A stretch of 64,000 nucleotides of DNA from a virus. The stretch lies in IMG/VR virus record IMGVR_UViG_3300018890_000002, positions 1 to 64,000 of that record. One strand, given 5' to 3'. Shown here piece after piece: positions 20,384-29,790 of the stretch. Position numbers and translations under genes: made by a program. Each line of letters begins with the position of its first letter. Position 1 is the first letter of the stretch. The notes under the pieces are model-generated. The model saw nothing but the letters and a program-made list of their open reading frames with translations, was not told the origin of the DNA and did no database searches.

Positions 20384-21936
20384 TAATCTTTCCCCTCTAT
20401 TTGTCTCATCTCTTTATTTATATCATTAATGACAGGTCGAATAAGTCTAGGATATATACTAGGTAAAAGTTGTCCAAAAATAACATAACATACAGCTAGA
20501 AAAGCTAATACCCCTTTTAGGTTTAACTCCTTAAAAAAACTAAGGACATTGACGTTTAATAAATCATCTAATTGGTCTTTTAACTTCTTATTACTTTCTT
20601 CTATTCTAGTTAACTTTTCTCTCATAACATTGTCTTCATTTTTCAGAAAAGCAACGTCATTGAGTAAATTATTATCATTATTATAAAAAATAGTATTATT
20701 AAGTCTACTGATTTCTTCTTCCAATTTACGAATAATTATTTCTGCTTTTATAAGTCCTTCTGGGTTAGAAGTAAGAGGATTATGAATTAACTTAGAAAAA
20801 ACATCATTAGACATTTTAGTATTTTCTAAAGTCTTCAATAGTAAATCGGTTCTTCCTTCCATCTCATCTATACGAGTAGTTAAAAGAGCTTCTTGACTTT
20901 GATCGATTACAGTAGATAAAATTCTCGCTTGCCCATCTCTATTAATTAATCTATTAGACCACTTAGTATCAATGAGAGAACCGTCTTTTTTAGCTAACTT
21001 AAAATTACTAATTACACTTTCTACTTCATGAGCAATTAGTCTATAAATCTGACCTTGCATTTTAATCGAATCTTCATCATTAAAAAGATTAAGTTCAGAA
21101 ATATGTTTCCCTAAAGCTACTTCATTACTCCAACCTAACGTTTCACAAGCTTGTTTATTCCATCTACTAACTTTACAATCTTTATCCCACTCTATTTTTA
21201 TAATTACACTACTGTTAAAACTATCTTCATCTAGGTTTTTAAGCTCTGTTATTTTTGAAGTCATCTCAACTTCTAAAGTAATATCTCTTAAATAACCAAC
21301 AATTTTGGATTCACCATCTTTAGGTATTACACAAGAATGGTCTAATATACTAATAGCTTTTCCTGAACTATGTAGTAGTCTATACTTCTGATAAAAAGAA
21401 GATATTTTATTTTTTATATTTTTTGCTAACTCTTTAGAGAAGAATTCTTTATCTTCAGGATGTATAAGATCCAAATAAGGTCTAGATAATAATTCTTTTT
21501 TTGTATATCCCAATAAAGAAACTACATTATCAGAAATCTCATCTATCTTCTCTTCTTTATTATTAAGCCAACGAATAAGAAATATATAATCTTCTTTAAA
21601 TAGTGTCTCTGCTAATAAAGTATCGGTTTTTTCAGTTCCTACCACTACTATGTAATTCTGATATCTATAACCAGTAAAAATAATTTCTATCTCCCTTTTG
21701 TTTTGGACATCGTTGATAGTAGTAGTTATAGTATTTTCACCTTCATTAAATACTTTATCTAGAAAAGACCTGGTACTATCTGAGTAAGTGTATCCTTTAA
21801 CAGTTTCAAAATTACTTACTGCTTGATTAAGTCTATCTGTCTTATACGAAGGAATATAGTAAGTAATATTATCACTTATATATCTGTAATAATAATTCTC
21901 CCCACATTTTTCAATTAATATACTAAAAACAACCAT
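20383..21936 (-). CDS. Multi-PAS-domain protein with coiled coil and C-terminal membrane helix
   Basis: LLGYTKKELL..YLDLIHPED..YRLLHSSGK..GYLRDIT (PAS/PAC); second PAS WNKQACETLGW..KKDGSLIDTKWSN; TM GVLAFLAVCYVIFGQLL. Confidence 0.88.
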   Translation of the reverse strand: MVVFSILIEKCGENYYYRYISDNITYYIPSYKTDRLNQAVSNFETVKGYTYSDSTRSFLDKVFNEGENTITTTINDVQNKREIEIIFTGYRYQNYIVVVGTEKTDTLLAETLFKEDYIFLIRWLNNKEEKIDEISDNVVSLLGYTKKELLSRPYLDLIHPEDKEFFSKELAKNIKNKISSFYQKYRLLHSSGKAISILDHSCVIPKDGESKIVGYLRDITLEVEMTSKITELKNLDEDSFNSSVIIKIEWDKDCKVSRWNKQACETLGWSNEVALGKHISELNLFNDEDSIKMQGQIYRLIAHEVESVISNFKLAKKDGSLIDTKWSNRLINRDGQARILSTVIDQSQEALLTTRIDEMEGRTDLLLKTLENTKMSNDVFSKLIHNPLTSNPEGLIKAEIIIRKLEEEISRLNNTIFYNNDNNLLNDVAFLKNEDNVMREKLTRIEESNKKLKDQLDDLLNVNVLSFFKELNLKGVLAFLAVCYVIFGQLLPSIYPRLIRPVINDINKEMRQIEGKD

Positions 21937-21941
21937 TTCAT

Positions 21942-22220
21942 TTATTCTTTCGTTTTGGTAGGGGCAAGCTTAGTAGTTAACAAGCCCACTGGAATACCTG
22001 ACTCTGCACTTTCTCTGATATCATTATTCACTCTCATACGACCTTGACTTACTCCTAAGAAACTAAATGTTCCAATGAGCAATTGAGTAAAATCTTCTTT
22101 AGTCATTTCTTTCTCATATAGGTAATTTACTATTGGTGAGTAGACTACTGAAAGATAAAGTAAGAAAGAAAAGAAAAAAGTCTTAGTGAAGTAAAGAGAA
22201 CGTTTCATTTTACTTTTCAT
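21942..22220 (-). CDS. Putative holin (2 TM)
   Basis: ~92 aa, basic N-terminus and two hydrophobic helices; directly after the peptidase. Confidence 0.55.
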   Translation of the reverse strand: MKSKMKRSLYFTKTFFFSFLLYLSVVYSPIVNYLYEKEMTKEDFTQLLIGTFSFLGVSQGRMRVNNDIRESAESGIPVGLLTTKLAPTKTKE

Positions 22221-22225
22221 ATTTT

Positions 22226-23002
22226 TTAATTTGCTATATGCACCCAATAATTTCCATCACCTTCAGGAGCGCCTACTTGTTTAATTAATGGGAAAGAATA
22301 TAACGTTTCTTTACCCGCAGTAGGACTATGAATATATCCATTATGAGTAAACTCTCCATAAGGATCGTTAACTATAAATGCACCAACTCCATCATAAGCG
22401 TCATAATCAGAACCAACTAAGAGAATAATATGAGTACCTTCAGTCAAGAATGTTCCTAAAATAACAGGAGCTTTTTTAACAGCATCTTTTATCTCTTGGA
22501 ATGTCCCAGTAGTAATAGGAGTATATTTAACTCCATAACTATTCATAATAGCGGATATGTCTTGGTGAGAAAATCTATCATATCCTAAATCTAAGCATTT
22601 ATTATATAAAGCATCAGGAGTTACCTTAATCTTATAAAAAGACAAGAGCATTGCTACACAACTTAAGAAACAAGAAGTATAAGGTTGATAGTTATTATAT
22701 AGTTGATAATAGTAATCAGTTTTAAGTGAAGTTTTACTATTAGAGCTAGTAACAGGATTTTTAGATTCTTCCGTTATATCAACGTGTTCTTTATAGATGT
22801 ACCAAACTCTAACACCTACAGGTAAATCTTTTAAATTAGATGTAAGTAGTTTAACCTCTAAGTGATTATCTTTTTCTCTTAAAATATCTACTACTATTTC
22901 AGTGTTAATCTCCAACCAATAAAAGTATTTAGAGTCAAGTTCAATGAATGGAATTGGTCTACTCTTAAGAGGAGTTTTATTTATGATTTTTAATTTAGAC
23001 AT
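22226..23002 (-). CDS. C39-like (papain-fold) peptidase, probable endolysin
   Basis: YYYQ..N...SCFLSCVAM, HIILLVG, FIVNDPYG catalytic motifs. Confidence 0.82.
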   Translation of the reverse strand: MSKLKIINKTPLKSRPIPFIELDSKYFYWLEINTEIVVDILREKDNHLEVKLLTSNLKDLPVGVRVWYIYKEHVDITEESKNPVTSSNSKTSLKTDYYYQLYNNYQPYTSCFLSCVAMLLSFYKIKVTPDALYNKCLDLGYDRFSHQDISAIMNSYGVKYTPITTGTFQEIKDAVKKAPVILGTFLTEGTHIILLVGSDYDAYDGVGAFIVNDPYGEFTHNGYIHSPTAGKETLYSFPLIKQVGAPEGDGNYWVHIAN

Positions 23003-23007
23003 ATTAT

Positions 23008-23409
23008 TTAAATAAGGGTAACTTTAGAAGTGAAATAGCCTTCGTCAATAGTAATTTCTGCGGTATCCGGGAACACGGCTTTAGTAACAAAATAAACTGA
23101 AGAATCTAATTTTGGGTCTAATCGAGTCTGAAGTACTTCCTTTTCTACTAGACCTTTAAAAATAATCTTAGAAGGTTCAGTAACAATAGGAGATAATCCA
23201 CTAAGAGTCCCGTAGTTTCCTACAGCAAAACCAGTAGTAGAAGTATTAGTGAACACAGTAAAATTAACTGATACTCCAACACCTAATAGTGAGGGGTTAT
23301 CTAAGGACTCTAAACTAACACCTAGTGGCAAATCATCCCCTCTAGGAATAACTGAACCAGATAGCTTATTATCTTTCCACTCACGATACGTAACAGTTTT
23401 AATAGACAT
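23008..23409 (-). CDS. Hypothetical (putative virion) protein
   Basis: 133 aa beta-rich ORF in late operon. Confidence 0.6.
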   Translation of the reverse strand: MSIKTVTYREWKDNKLSGSVIPRGDDLPLGVSLESLDNPSLLGVGVSVNFTVFTNTSTTGFAVGNYGTLSGLSPIVTEPSKIIFKGLVEKEVLQTRLDPKLDSSVYFVTKAVFPDTAEITIDEGYFTSKVTLI

Positions 23410-23824
23410 AGAATTCTCCGTTATCAGTAAATTTAGAAATATTTTGAGTAGTCTTAGCTGAAATCATCATTTCGTAATTAAGCTTATGAATTCGGTTAGG
23501 AAATTCTAAAGACTTACTCTCATAGAAAGTAGGAATATCACTTCCGTTTACGTATAAGATAGCCTGAATCTTTTCCACTTGTACTAAGGGAAATACAAAA
23601 CTATCAGTATCGTATTGTTTAAGTAAGATTCCAGTTAGTTGGTGATATATCTTAAATGTCAATCCAATATTATTGATAGTAATTGGTAAAGAAGAAGTAA
23701 TATCTACTATTACTGGGATAGTGTCTGTAATAGAATGACTAGAGTGTTTAAGATATACTTGAGGTCTCTCTTTATAGTTATCTCTAACTACTTGGAGAGT
23801 TGTAACTTTATGTTGTATGAGCAT
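23399..23824 (-). CDS. Hypothetical (putative virion, Ig/BppU-like) protein
   Basis: 141 aa beta-rich ORF in late operon. Confidence 0.55.
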   Translation of the reverse strand: MLIQHKVTTLQVVRDNYKERPQVYLKHSSHSITDTIPVIVDITSSLPITINNIGLTFKIYHQLTGILLKQYDTDSFVFPLVQVEKIQAILYVNGSDIPTFYESKSLEFPNRIHKLNYEMMISAKTTQNISKFTDNGEFYVY

Positions 23825-23884
23825 CGTTAAAAAAATAAGTATAGCTATTAAACCATACTTACATCATATCTGTTTATTAGCTTT

Positions 23885-24319
23885 TTATTGAAAAGAAAAG
23901 TTAAATTCTTCCCAGCTTTTACCCATAGGAGGTTTTACTTTAGTAGTCAAATCAGTTAAATCTGTGTAAGGCTTATTAGTTACTAATTGAGTAGCAATCT
24001 TTTCACCAATACCTTTAAGTTCTTTAATTTGCTCTAGAGTCATTCTATTAACATCTAGCTTAGATACAATTTCTACCTTACTAGGGTCGTAAAACTTAGG
24101 AGTTAGAGTAGTTACTTGAGGTTCAGTTAAGTGATAAGTTTCATCTGTAATAGAAGTCTCTTTATAAACAGCTACTTGAGTATCATCCTCTATAGTCACA
24201 ACATTCATAGGGGTTAGGTATTCTTTAGGAATTTCTCCTTCCATATAAGCAGTCTTCCTAGCGAACAGCATATTACCCTCTTTAGTAAGAATGTTTTTTA
24301 GCAGAATATATTTTTTCAT
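23885..24319 (-). CDS. Helix-hairpin-helix (ComEA-like) DNA-binding protein
   Basis: LDVNRMTLEQIKELKGIGEKIATQLVTNKPYTDLTDL. Confidence 0.8.
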   Translation of the reverse strand: MKKYILLKNILTKEGNMLFARKTAYMEGEIPKEYLTPMNVVTIEDDTQVAVYKETSITDETYHLTEPQVTTLTPKFYDPSKVEIVSKLDVNRMTLEQIKELKGIGEKIATQLVTNKPYTDLTDLTTKVKPPMGKSWEEFNFSFQ

Positions 24320-24325
24320 TGTTTA

Positions 24326-25492
24326 TTATTTTACTTGTTGAGAGTATAGCTGCTTAGGATTCATTGCAATAGGTAGAAAAGTAGCAGTTGCCATTGATAC
24401 GTCTTGCTTAGGATGTTTATTTTGTTCATAAGTAGTTACATAGATACCTGATTTAGGCTCAATAGGAACATCTCCACTACCAACAATTGCAGGAACAGAT
24501 TCAAGAGTAGGGCCAATAGCACTAATTCCCATATCTTCTTTAAGAAATACGAATCGATTGTTATTCAAAAAGTTAACATCGACAATTGAACCGTCAGGAA
24601 GTTGTTCTTGATACTTTTCTTCAAATACTTCTACTTCTGGTAAATCTCTCATTGATAAGAGTTTTCTACCCATATCAGGAGATACTAGACCTAATTCAGT
24701 AGTAGTCAGCTGGCGAGCAGCATCTCTGGTACTCTTTTGCTGTAAAAAATCCTTCCATAACTTACGACTCATTACAATTTTATCTGGCATATAACCATTA
24801 GTATCGTAGTAAGTATCACACGCATCAGATAGATTTTGCAGAGCTTGAGCATTTGCATAATCATTCCACTTATTCAAAGTAGGAGTTACTGTATTTCCGG
24901 TATCAGTAAGAGGAGCAGGAAAATGATTGTAATTAACTCCAGCTTTTTTAAAATCTAGTGATAGAGGAATGCCTGTTCGTGGGTCAGTCATATCAACTGC
25001 ACCAGTTTGAACTACTTGCCATTTCAAGTGATCCATCCGGTCAGTAATACCTCTCAATAAGTCATTCATTTGACCAAAGAGAATAGTAGCTAAGTCAGGA
25101 CTTGAACCAGGAGTTACAGTACCATTAGGATTATAAACCTTTTGAACTTTAATACCTTTAGTAATAGCTAGATTCTGAGCTTCCATCATTTTCCACTGAG
25201 TTTCTTCATCATAAAGACGTGAAGTACCTAGTTTGAATAATGTAGCAGCCATCCTTTCAACTCCACCAAAGCTTACCAATGGAATTTCAGCTCCATAAGC
25301 AACTATTGATGCAGCAGGTGCTACTCGTTTAGTAAGTAAACCAACAAAATCTCTCCCATCAAACATTTGAGTAGGGAAGTATTTATCAATTAGCTTTCCT
25401 CTTTTGAGTAGCATATTTTCAGTTTCATCTACCATAGCCATTACTTGCTTGGCGACAAACCTTTCAGAAAAAAAACTTGCAACGTATGCCAT
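24326..25492 (-). CDS. Major capsid protein (lambda gpE family)
   Basis: 388 aa; ASIVAYGAEIP, WQVVQTG, G(Y)MPDKIVMS, FLPIAMNP motifs; follows decoration and scaffold genes. Confidence 0.9.
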   Translation of the reverse strand: MAYVASFFSERFVAKQVMAMVDETENMLLKRGKLIDKYFPTQMFDGRDFVGLLTKRVAPAASIVAYGAEIPLVSFGGVERMAATLFKLGTSRLYDEETQWKMMEAQNLAITKGIKVQKVYNPNGTVTPGSSPDLATILFGQMNDLLRGITDRMDHLKWQVVQTGAVDMTDPRTGIPLSLDFKKAGVNYNHFPAPLTDTGNTVTPTLNKWNDYANAQALQNLSDACDTYYDTNGYMPDKIVMSRKLWKDFLQQKSTRDAARQLTTTELGLVSPDMGRKLLSMRDLPEVEVFEEKYQEQLPDGSIVDVNFLNNNRFVFLKEDMGISAIGPTLESVPAIVGSGDVPIEPKSGIYVTTYEQNKHPKQDVSMATATFLPIAMNPKQLYSQQVK

Positions 25493-25533
25493 ATATTTTT
25501 TATTTATTTATCTTTTTATTGATTAATTTATTA

Positions 25534-26370
25534 CTAAGACCATACTTCTCTAATGTGAAGTCTAGGACACTCATAAGTAATAGAGTTATCCCAGTGAGGT
25601 AAAGCTAATTTATAGATCTTAGCTTCATCAATTACTCCAATAGTATTTCCAGTAATTCCACCAGAAGTATAATCAACTGAGTGAGGAAAAATACCTAAGA
25701 CTTCATCTTGAGGAACTCCAACAACTGAACCAACAGGAAGAGTTCCAGAAGCAGCCCCACCTAGAATAATTTCTTCGGTTTCGTTATCTATTGCTTGAAT
25801 AGTACCAATCGGAGCAGTTGTGAGAACAGTAGTAGTAGGAGTAGTACCAAGAGTTCCACTAGGAGTAAACGTCACAGGAGGAATAGCTGAGGGAGAGTAG
25901 AAGTAGATATTAGCTCCCATAGGTATTAATTCTAATACACTACTAATATCAGGTAGCATATTGAAATACTTAGCAATCATACTAGCTGCTTCTGTAGCAT
26001 TAGCTGCACCAACAGGAGTATATTTAAATGTCTTAGTTTCATTAATAGTAAGACCTGCTTCAGCTACTCCACTCACTGCTAAAACTGCCATTGGTTGACT
26101 AATTTGAAGCATATCTCCTTGAACGAACACATAAGGATTTTTTACTTTTAGTCTACTTCCACTAGGAGAAACAGTTACTTTTGAACGTGGAAGAAATCGG
26201 TGAACTCCATCTTTCTTAGAAACAAAGTGACCTTCTTCTAGTGCTTTTCTACCTTCTTTATTAGGTGAAATATGTTTACCAGTCATTGCAACGTGGTAAG
26301 GAACTCTAATATTTCTGGGATAAGCAATAATCGCTTTTTCAGCGGTAGTCGATCCGTATCTTGCAAACAT
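25534..26370 (-). CDS. Head decoration / capsid cement protein
   Basis: Directly upstream of capsid; EGRKALEEG N-terminal and IYKLALP C-terminal motifs with an inserted beta domain. Confidence 0.65.
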   Translation of the reverse strand: MFARYGSTTAEKAIIAYPRNIRVPYHVAMTGKHISPNKEGRKALEEGHFVSKKDGVHRFLPRSKVTVSPSGSRLKVKNPYVFVQGDMLQISQPMAVLAVSGVAEAGLTINETKTFKYTPVGAANATEAASMIAKYFNMLPDISSVLELIPMGANIYFYSPSAIPPVTFTPSGTLGTTPTTTVLTTAPIGTIQAIDNETEEIILGGAASGTLPVGSVVGVPQDEVLGIFPHSVDYTSGGITGNTIGVIDEAKIYKLALPHWDNSITYECPRLHIREVWS

Positions 26371-26382
26371 ATAATTTATCTA

Positions 26383-27420
26383 TTAATATTTTTTGAACAG
26401 TAAACGATTTTCAATCATCTTTTCTACTTGAAGTTTAGCTAACTCTTCCTCTTCACTATTGACAGAGAAATTAGCTTCTTTCACATACGATGAAAAGTTA
26501 ATTCTTGGATCTCCACATTTTTCATCAGCTTCTAATGCAAATTGAACAGCATAAAGATGAGTAGCTAAATCAACGTTATTTGCTTCTGCATTTTGAGAGA
26601 AAGCTGCTACTTGGTCATCTTCACGATCAAAAGAACCTAAAAGAAGGTCGTATTTAGCTTTAGATAACCAACGCTCTTGAATTCCTTGTAGAGCATAATC
26701 TGAAATATCAGAGAGACGAGTTTTAAGCTCACTACTTAACTCAAAATCCGCCATTTTAGCTTCTAATTCTTGGACACGTGGATCAATATAAGAATATACT
26801 GCTTCTGCATCTGTAGCTTCCTCAGTATCATCTTCTTCTACTTCCTCTTCTTCGTCTTCCCCATCTTCTTCGTCTTCAGATTCGTAATCATAATCATCTT
26901 CTTCATCTTCCAAGACTTCATTAACGTCTTCTGGGTCTAAATCCCCACGATCAAGAGCAGCCAAGACTTGAAAAGCTAAAGCATCTTCATTACTGGAAGA
27001 AGTAGCGCTATAAAGGTCGTTTAGTATATCAACAAATTCAGGTGTAGGAACTAATTCTCCACTAAATAGTCCTTCAAGTTGTTCTTCATCAATACCTGTA
27101 ACTTGCATAATATCAATCATGCCGTCTTCTAGGGTTTCATAATCATTCTCGATCTGTTCTAGTAATGCAGGAACAAAATAAGTTCTCATATTAAAGTTTG
27201 CGTAATTATTTGTCATTGAATTATTACTATATTCTATTAATTCAGTATCTTTTAATTGAGTTAAATCGGCTAATGATTCTTCTAATTCAGCTAAACTTTT
27301 AATCTTATATTGACTAAACTCAGCTTCATTAATTTCTCGATTGTTATAAGCAGTTTCTAATCCTTCTACAATTTGATTATAGATTTGAAAAGCTTCTTGT
27401 CTTTGTTTTGCTGTTTTCAT
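26383..27420 (-). CDS. Capsid scaffolding protein (putative)
   Basis: Very acidic, helical, with D/E tract; between protease and capsid. Confidence 0.65.
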   Translation of the reverse strand: MKTAKQRQEAFQIYNQIVEGLETAYNNREINEAEFSQYKIKSLAELEESLADLTQLKDTELIEYSNNSMTNNYANFNMRTYFVPALLEQIENDYETLEDGMIDIMQVTGIDEEQLEGLFSGELVPTPEFVDILNDLYSATSSSNEDALAFQVLAALDRGDLDPEDVNEVLEDEEDDYDYESEDEEDGEDEEEEVEEDDTEEATDAEAVYSYIDPRVQELEAKMADFELSSELKTRLSDISDYALQGIQERWLSKAKYDLLLGSFDREDDQVAAFSQNAEANNVDLATHLYAVQFALEADEKCGDPRINFSSYVKEANFSVNSEEEELAKLQVEKMIENRLLFKKY

Positions 27421-27423
27421 AAG

Positions 27424-27855
27424 TTATTTACGTTTTCGTCCTTTATCAGACCTCATTTTACGAAGTTTGCTACCTAGTTTTTTAACTAATAGATTTGCAT
27501 TTATTCTATCTTGAACAGTTTTAGGTTTACGATTTCGTAATGCTCTAGTTGCAGCATAACCTAATCCACCAGCAACAGCTAGACCTAAACCAGTCTTTAT
27601 AGGATTAAAACGAGCAGTTCTCGCAACACCTTGTATTGCTTTACTTACTTTAAGTCCTAGTTTATTTTTACCTTTACCAGGAGTTGCTGCATTAGCTCTA
27701 GTAGGAGTTCTAGAATTAGCATTAGAAGTTTTAGGTAGAGATTCAGACTCAGAAGATTTAGGATTAACTACTTTACTCTGATCTTCCTTATTAGGGAAGT
27801 AGGATAATTTACCTTTATTTGGGTCTATTCTTCGTTCAAAGTTAATAAAATTCAT
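27424..27855 (-). CDS. Basic Gly-rich protein
   Basis: MNFINF start; GLGLAVAGGLG; RSDKGRKRK. Confidence 0.7.
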   Translation of the reverse strand: MNFINFERRIDPNKGKLSYFPNKEDQSKVVNPKSSESESLPKTSNANSRTPTRANAATPGKGKNKLGLKVSKAIQGVARTARFNPIKTGLGLAVAGGLGYAATRALRNRKPKTVQDRINANLLVKKLGSKLRKMRSDKGRKRK

Positions 27856-27860
27856 ATTTA

Positions 27861-28208
27861 TTACCTAAACATTTTAGAAGCTTGACTCAACATAGAATTT
27901 TTCTTTGCTGCACCTTTAAGTCGATCTTGAAGAGATTTAGGCTTCTTCATTGCTTTCATTCCGGCCATTCCTAATCCACCAGCAGCAGCTAATGCACCAA
28001 GAGCTAAACCCGCTTTTCCTTTATTTGCACCAATTGCGCCAACTGCTCTACCTACTCTCGCCCCCGCTTGACGTGCAGCATTTTGGACTTTGTAGTTTTT
28101 AGTAACAGCATCTCCAGAAAGTTTAATTGCTCCACCTGGAACAGCAGCTCCTTTCTTTTGAGCTACCGCGGATACTGAATATTTACCTGTGTTTGTTCGT
28201 CTTGCCAT
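27861..28208 (-). CDS. Basic Ala/Gly-rich protein
   Basis: Likely start MARR at 28208; shares GL.L...GGLG...KPK..QDR with neighbour. Confidence 0.7.
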   Translation of the reverse strand: MARRTNTGKYSVSAVAQKKGAAVPGGAIKLSGDAVTKNYKVQNAARQAGARVGRAVGAIGANKGKAGLALGALAAAGGLGMAGMKAMKKPKSLQDRLKGAAKKNSMLSQASKMFR

Positions 28209-28215
28209 AATTTTT

Positions 28216-29205
28216 TTATTTTTTATATTGTGTAAATTGAATTCGCTTAGAAGCGTTGCTAAACGCAATTAATTCTGAAGAAAACCCATAAGTTCTAGTT
28301 TTAGGTATTCCTGGTCTTTGTTGAGCAACTGGAGCTTGAGGAGCCACAGGTTGTTCAGGAGGAGCAAGAAACATTTCTGCTAATCTTGCACTTAAATCAT
28401 CAATAGCGCTTTGAATCACTTCCGAAGCATCTTGGATTCCCATTGAAGCCATTTCTTCTTCATCTATTTCATTAGCACTTTCTACTACTTCTAGAAAAGC
28501 AGTAAAGACTTTCATTGCTTCTTCTCTTTGTTCTTCTATACTTTGAGAGCTGTTAAGAGCTTCTTCTAGTGATAGAGCATAATTACTTTCATTTAATCCT
28601 TTAGCAACTAAGAGATTTTTATTTTTTACTTTTTTCATGTTAGGGATAGATTCGTAAGAACTCCTCTTAGGAGATTTACTTCCATAATAACTAAAAAGTG
28701 TAGCATTTGGAATCGCAGGTAAAGCAACTAAAGATAATTCCTTAATAGAGAAAGAGTCTAAATCTATTCCAGCCGAAACTGTTTTAGCTAATCCTCTCTT
28801 CATCCTATCAATAATTTCAGGAGTTTTAATAACTACATCTTTTACGAATACTCCTACTCTTCCTAATAAGTGTTTTAGTTTAGGATTACCTTTAGTATAA
28901 ACCTCATCTATTACTCTAGCTTCAACAGGAGATTCAATAAATCCTACCACATTATTAACATCTTTTTTATGTTCAGTTAATACAGGAATACCAACTTCTG
29001 ACATATTGAAGTGTTTATTAGTATTTTCTACTAATCTATAAATCTTATCAGGTGAGAAATCATGAGATACTTTTCTACTATCTACATGAGGAGAATTCTC
29101 TAATGTTGAGTAAAATATTAAACCTTCTTTAGTTAACGAATTTGGATCATTATTCTCTACTTCTTTTAATGGAGTAGGAATAGTATTAAAATGGATAATT
29201 GTCAT
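28216..29205 (-). CDS. Prohead protease (Mu gpI-like)
   Basis: IPVLTEH, VSAGI, ELSLVALPAIP motifs; acidic scaffold-like tail. Confidence 0.8.
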   Translation of the reverse strand: MTIIHFNTIPTPLKEVENNDPNSLTKEGLIFYSTLENSPHVDSRKVSHDFSPDKIYRLVENTNKHFNMSEVGIPVLTEHKKDVNNVVGFIESPVEARVIDEVYTKGNPKLKHLLGRVGVFVKDVVIKTPEIIDRMKRGLAKTVSAGIDLDSFSIKELSLVALPAIPNATLFSYYGSKSPKRSSYESIPNMKKVKNKNLLVAKGLNESNYALSLEEALNSSQSIEEQREEAMKVFTAFLEVVESANEIDEEEMASMGIQDASEVIQSAIDDLSARLAEMFLAPPEQPVAPQAPVAQQRPGIPKTRTYGFSSELIAFSNASKRIQFTQYKK

Positions 29206-29438
29206 TTCTTTTTCTTAAGTAATCCCATTCCTGCACCTACAAGCAAACCACCAATAGCAGCAGAACGTTGAATAGTAGGAGCTTTCTTTTCTCCTTTCCT
29301 AATCTTACCTTTTACTAACACTGGTATTTTAGTATCATTTCCACCTAAAGCATATCCAGTACCCCAACCTACTCCTGCGCCTGTGCCTGCTAATTTAGCT
29401 CCATTCTTAATTCTGTTATATATTTTCCTAGCTAACAT
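29202..29438 (-). CDS. Small basic Gly-rich protein
   Basis: Two Gly-rich hydrophobic segments; ATGA overlap with protease. Confidence 0.65.
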   Translation of the reverse strand: MLARKIYNRIKNGAKLAGTGAGVGWGTGYALGGNDTKIPVLVKGKIRKGEKKAPTIQRSAAIGGLLVGAGMGLLKKKK

Positions 29439-29526
29439 TTTATAGTTATTTATCTTATATATTTTTGTTATAGCATTCTTCTTTATGTTACTATTTTTAT
29501 TATTATAGTAATTCTTTTAGAGAATA

Positions 29527-29790
29527 ATGTCTCAGGTCAATACCAAATTTGGTAAACAGTTAAAAAGTTACAGGGAAGATAGAAAGTTGAATCAAATAGA
29601 GTTTGGTAAAATCTTATCTTACTCTCAAGCTGAGTTAAGTAAAATAGAAAATGGAAAGATAGATATAACAATGAATCAGTATCTTCAAATTATCAAAACT
29701 TTAGAAAGATATACTTATTTAAACTATCTATCACTTATAACTAAATTGAAAATAGAATCCCTCTTAGTCTTTAAACATAATATTATGTAA
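29527..29790 (+). CDS. XRE-family HTH transcriptional regulator
   Basis: FGKQLKSYREDRKLNQIEFG..SQAELSKIENGK. Confidence 0.9.
   Translation: MSQVNTKFGKQLKSYREDRKLNQIEFGKILSYSQAELSKIENGKIDITMNQYLQIIKTLERYTYLNYLSLITKLKIESLLVFKHNIM

Noticed and set aside
23885-24319. PsbU auxiliary photosynthesis gene
   Set aside because: Only the generic HhH motif matches; no signal peptide; it sits in the head operon.
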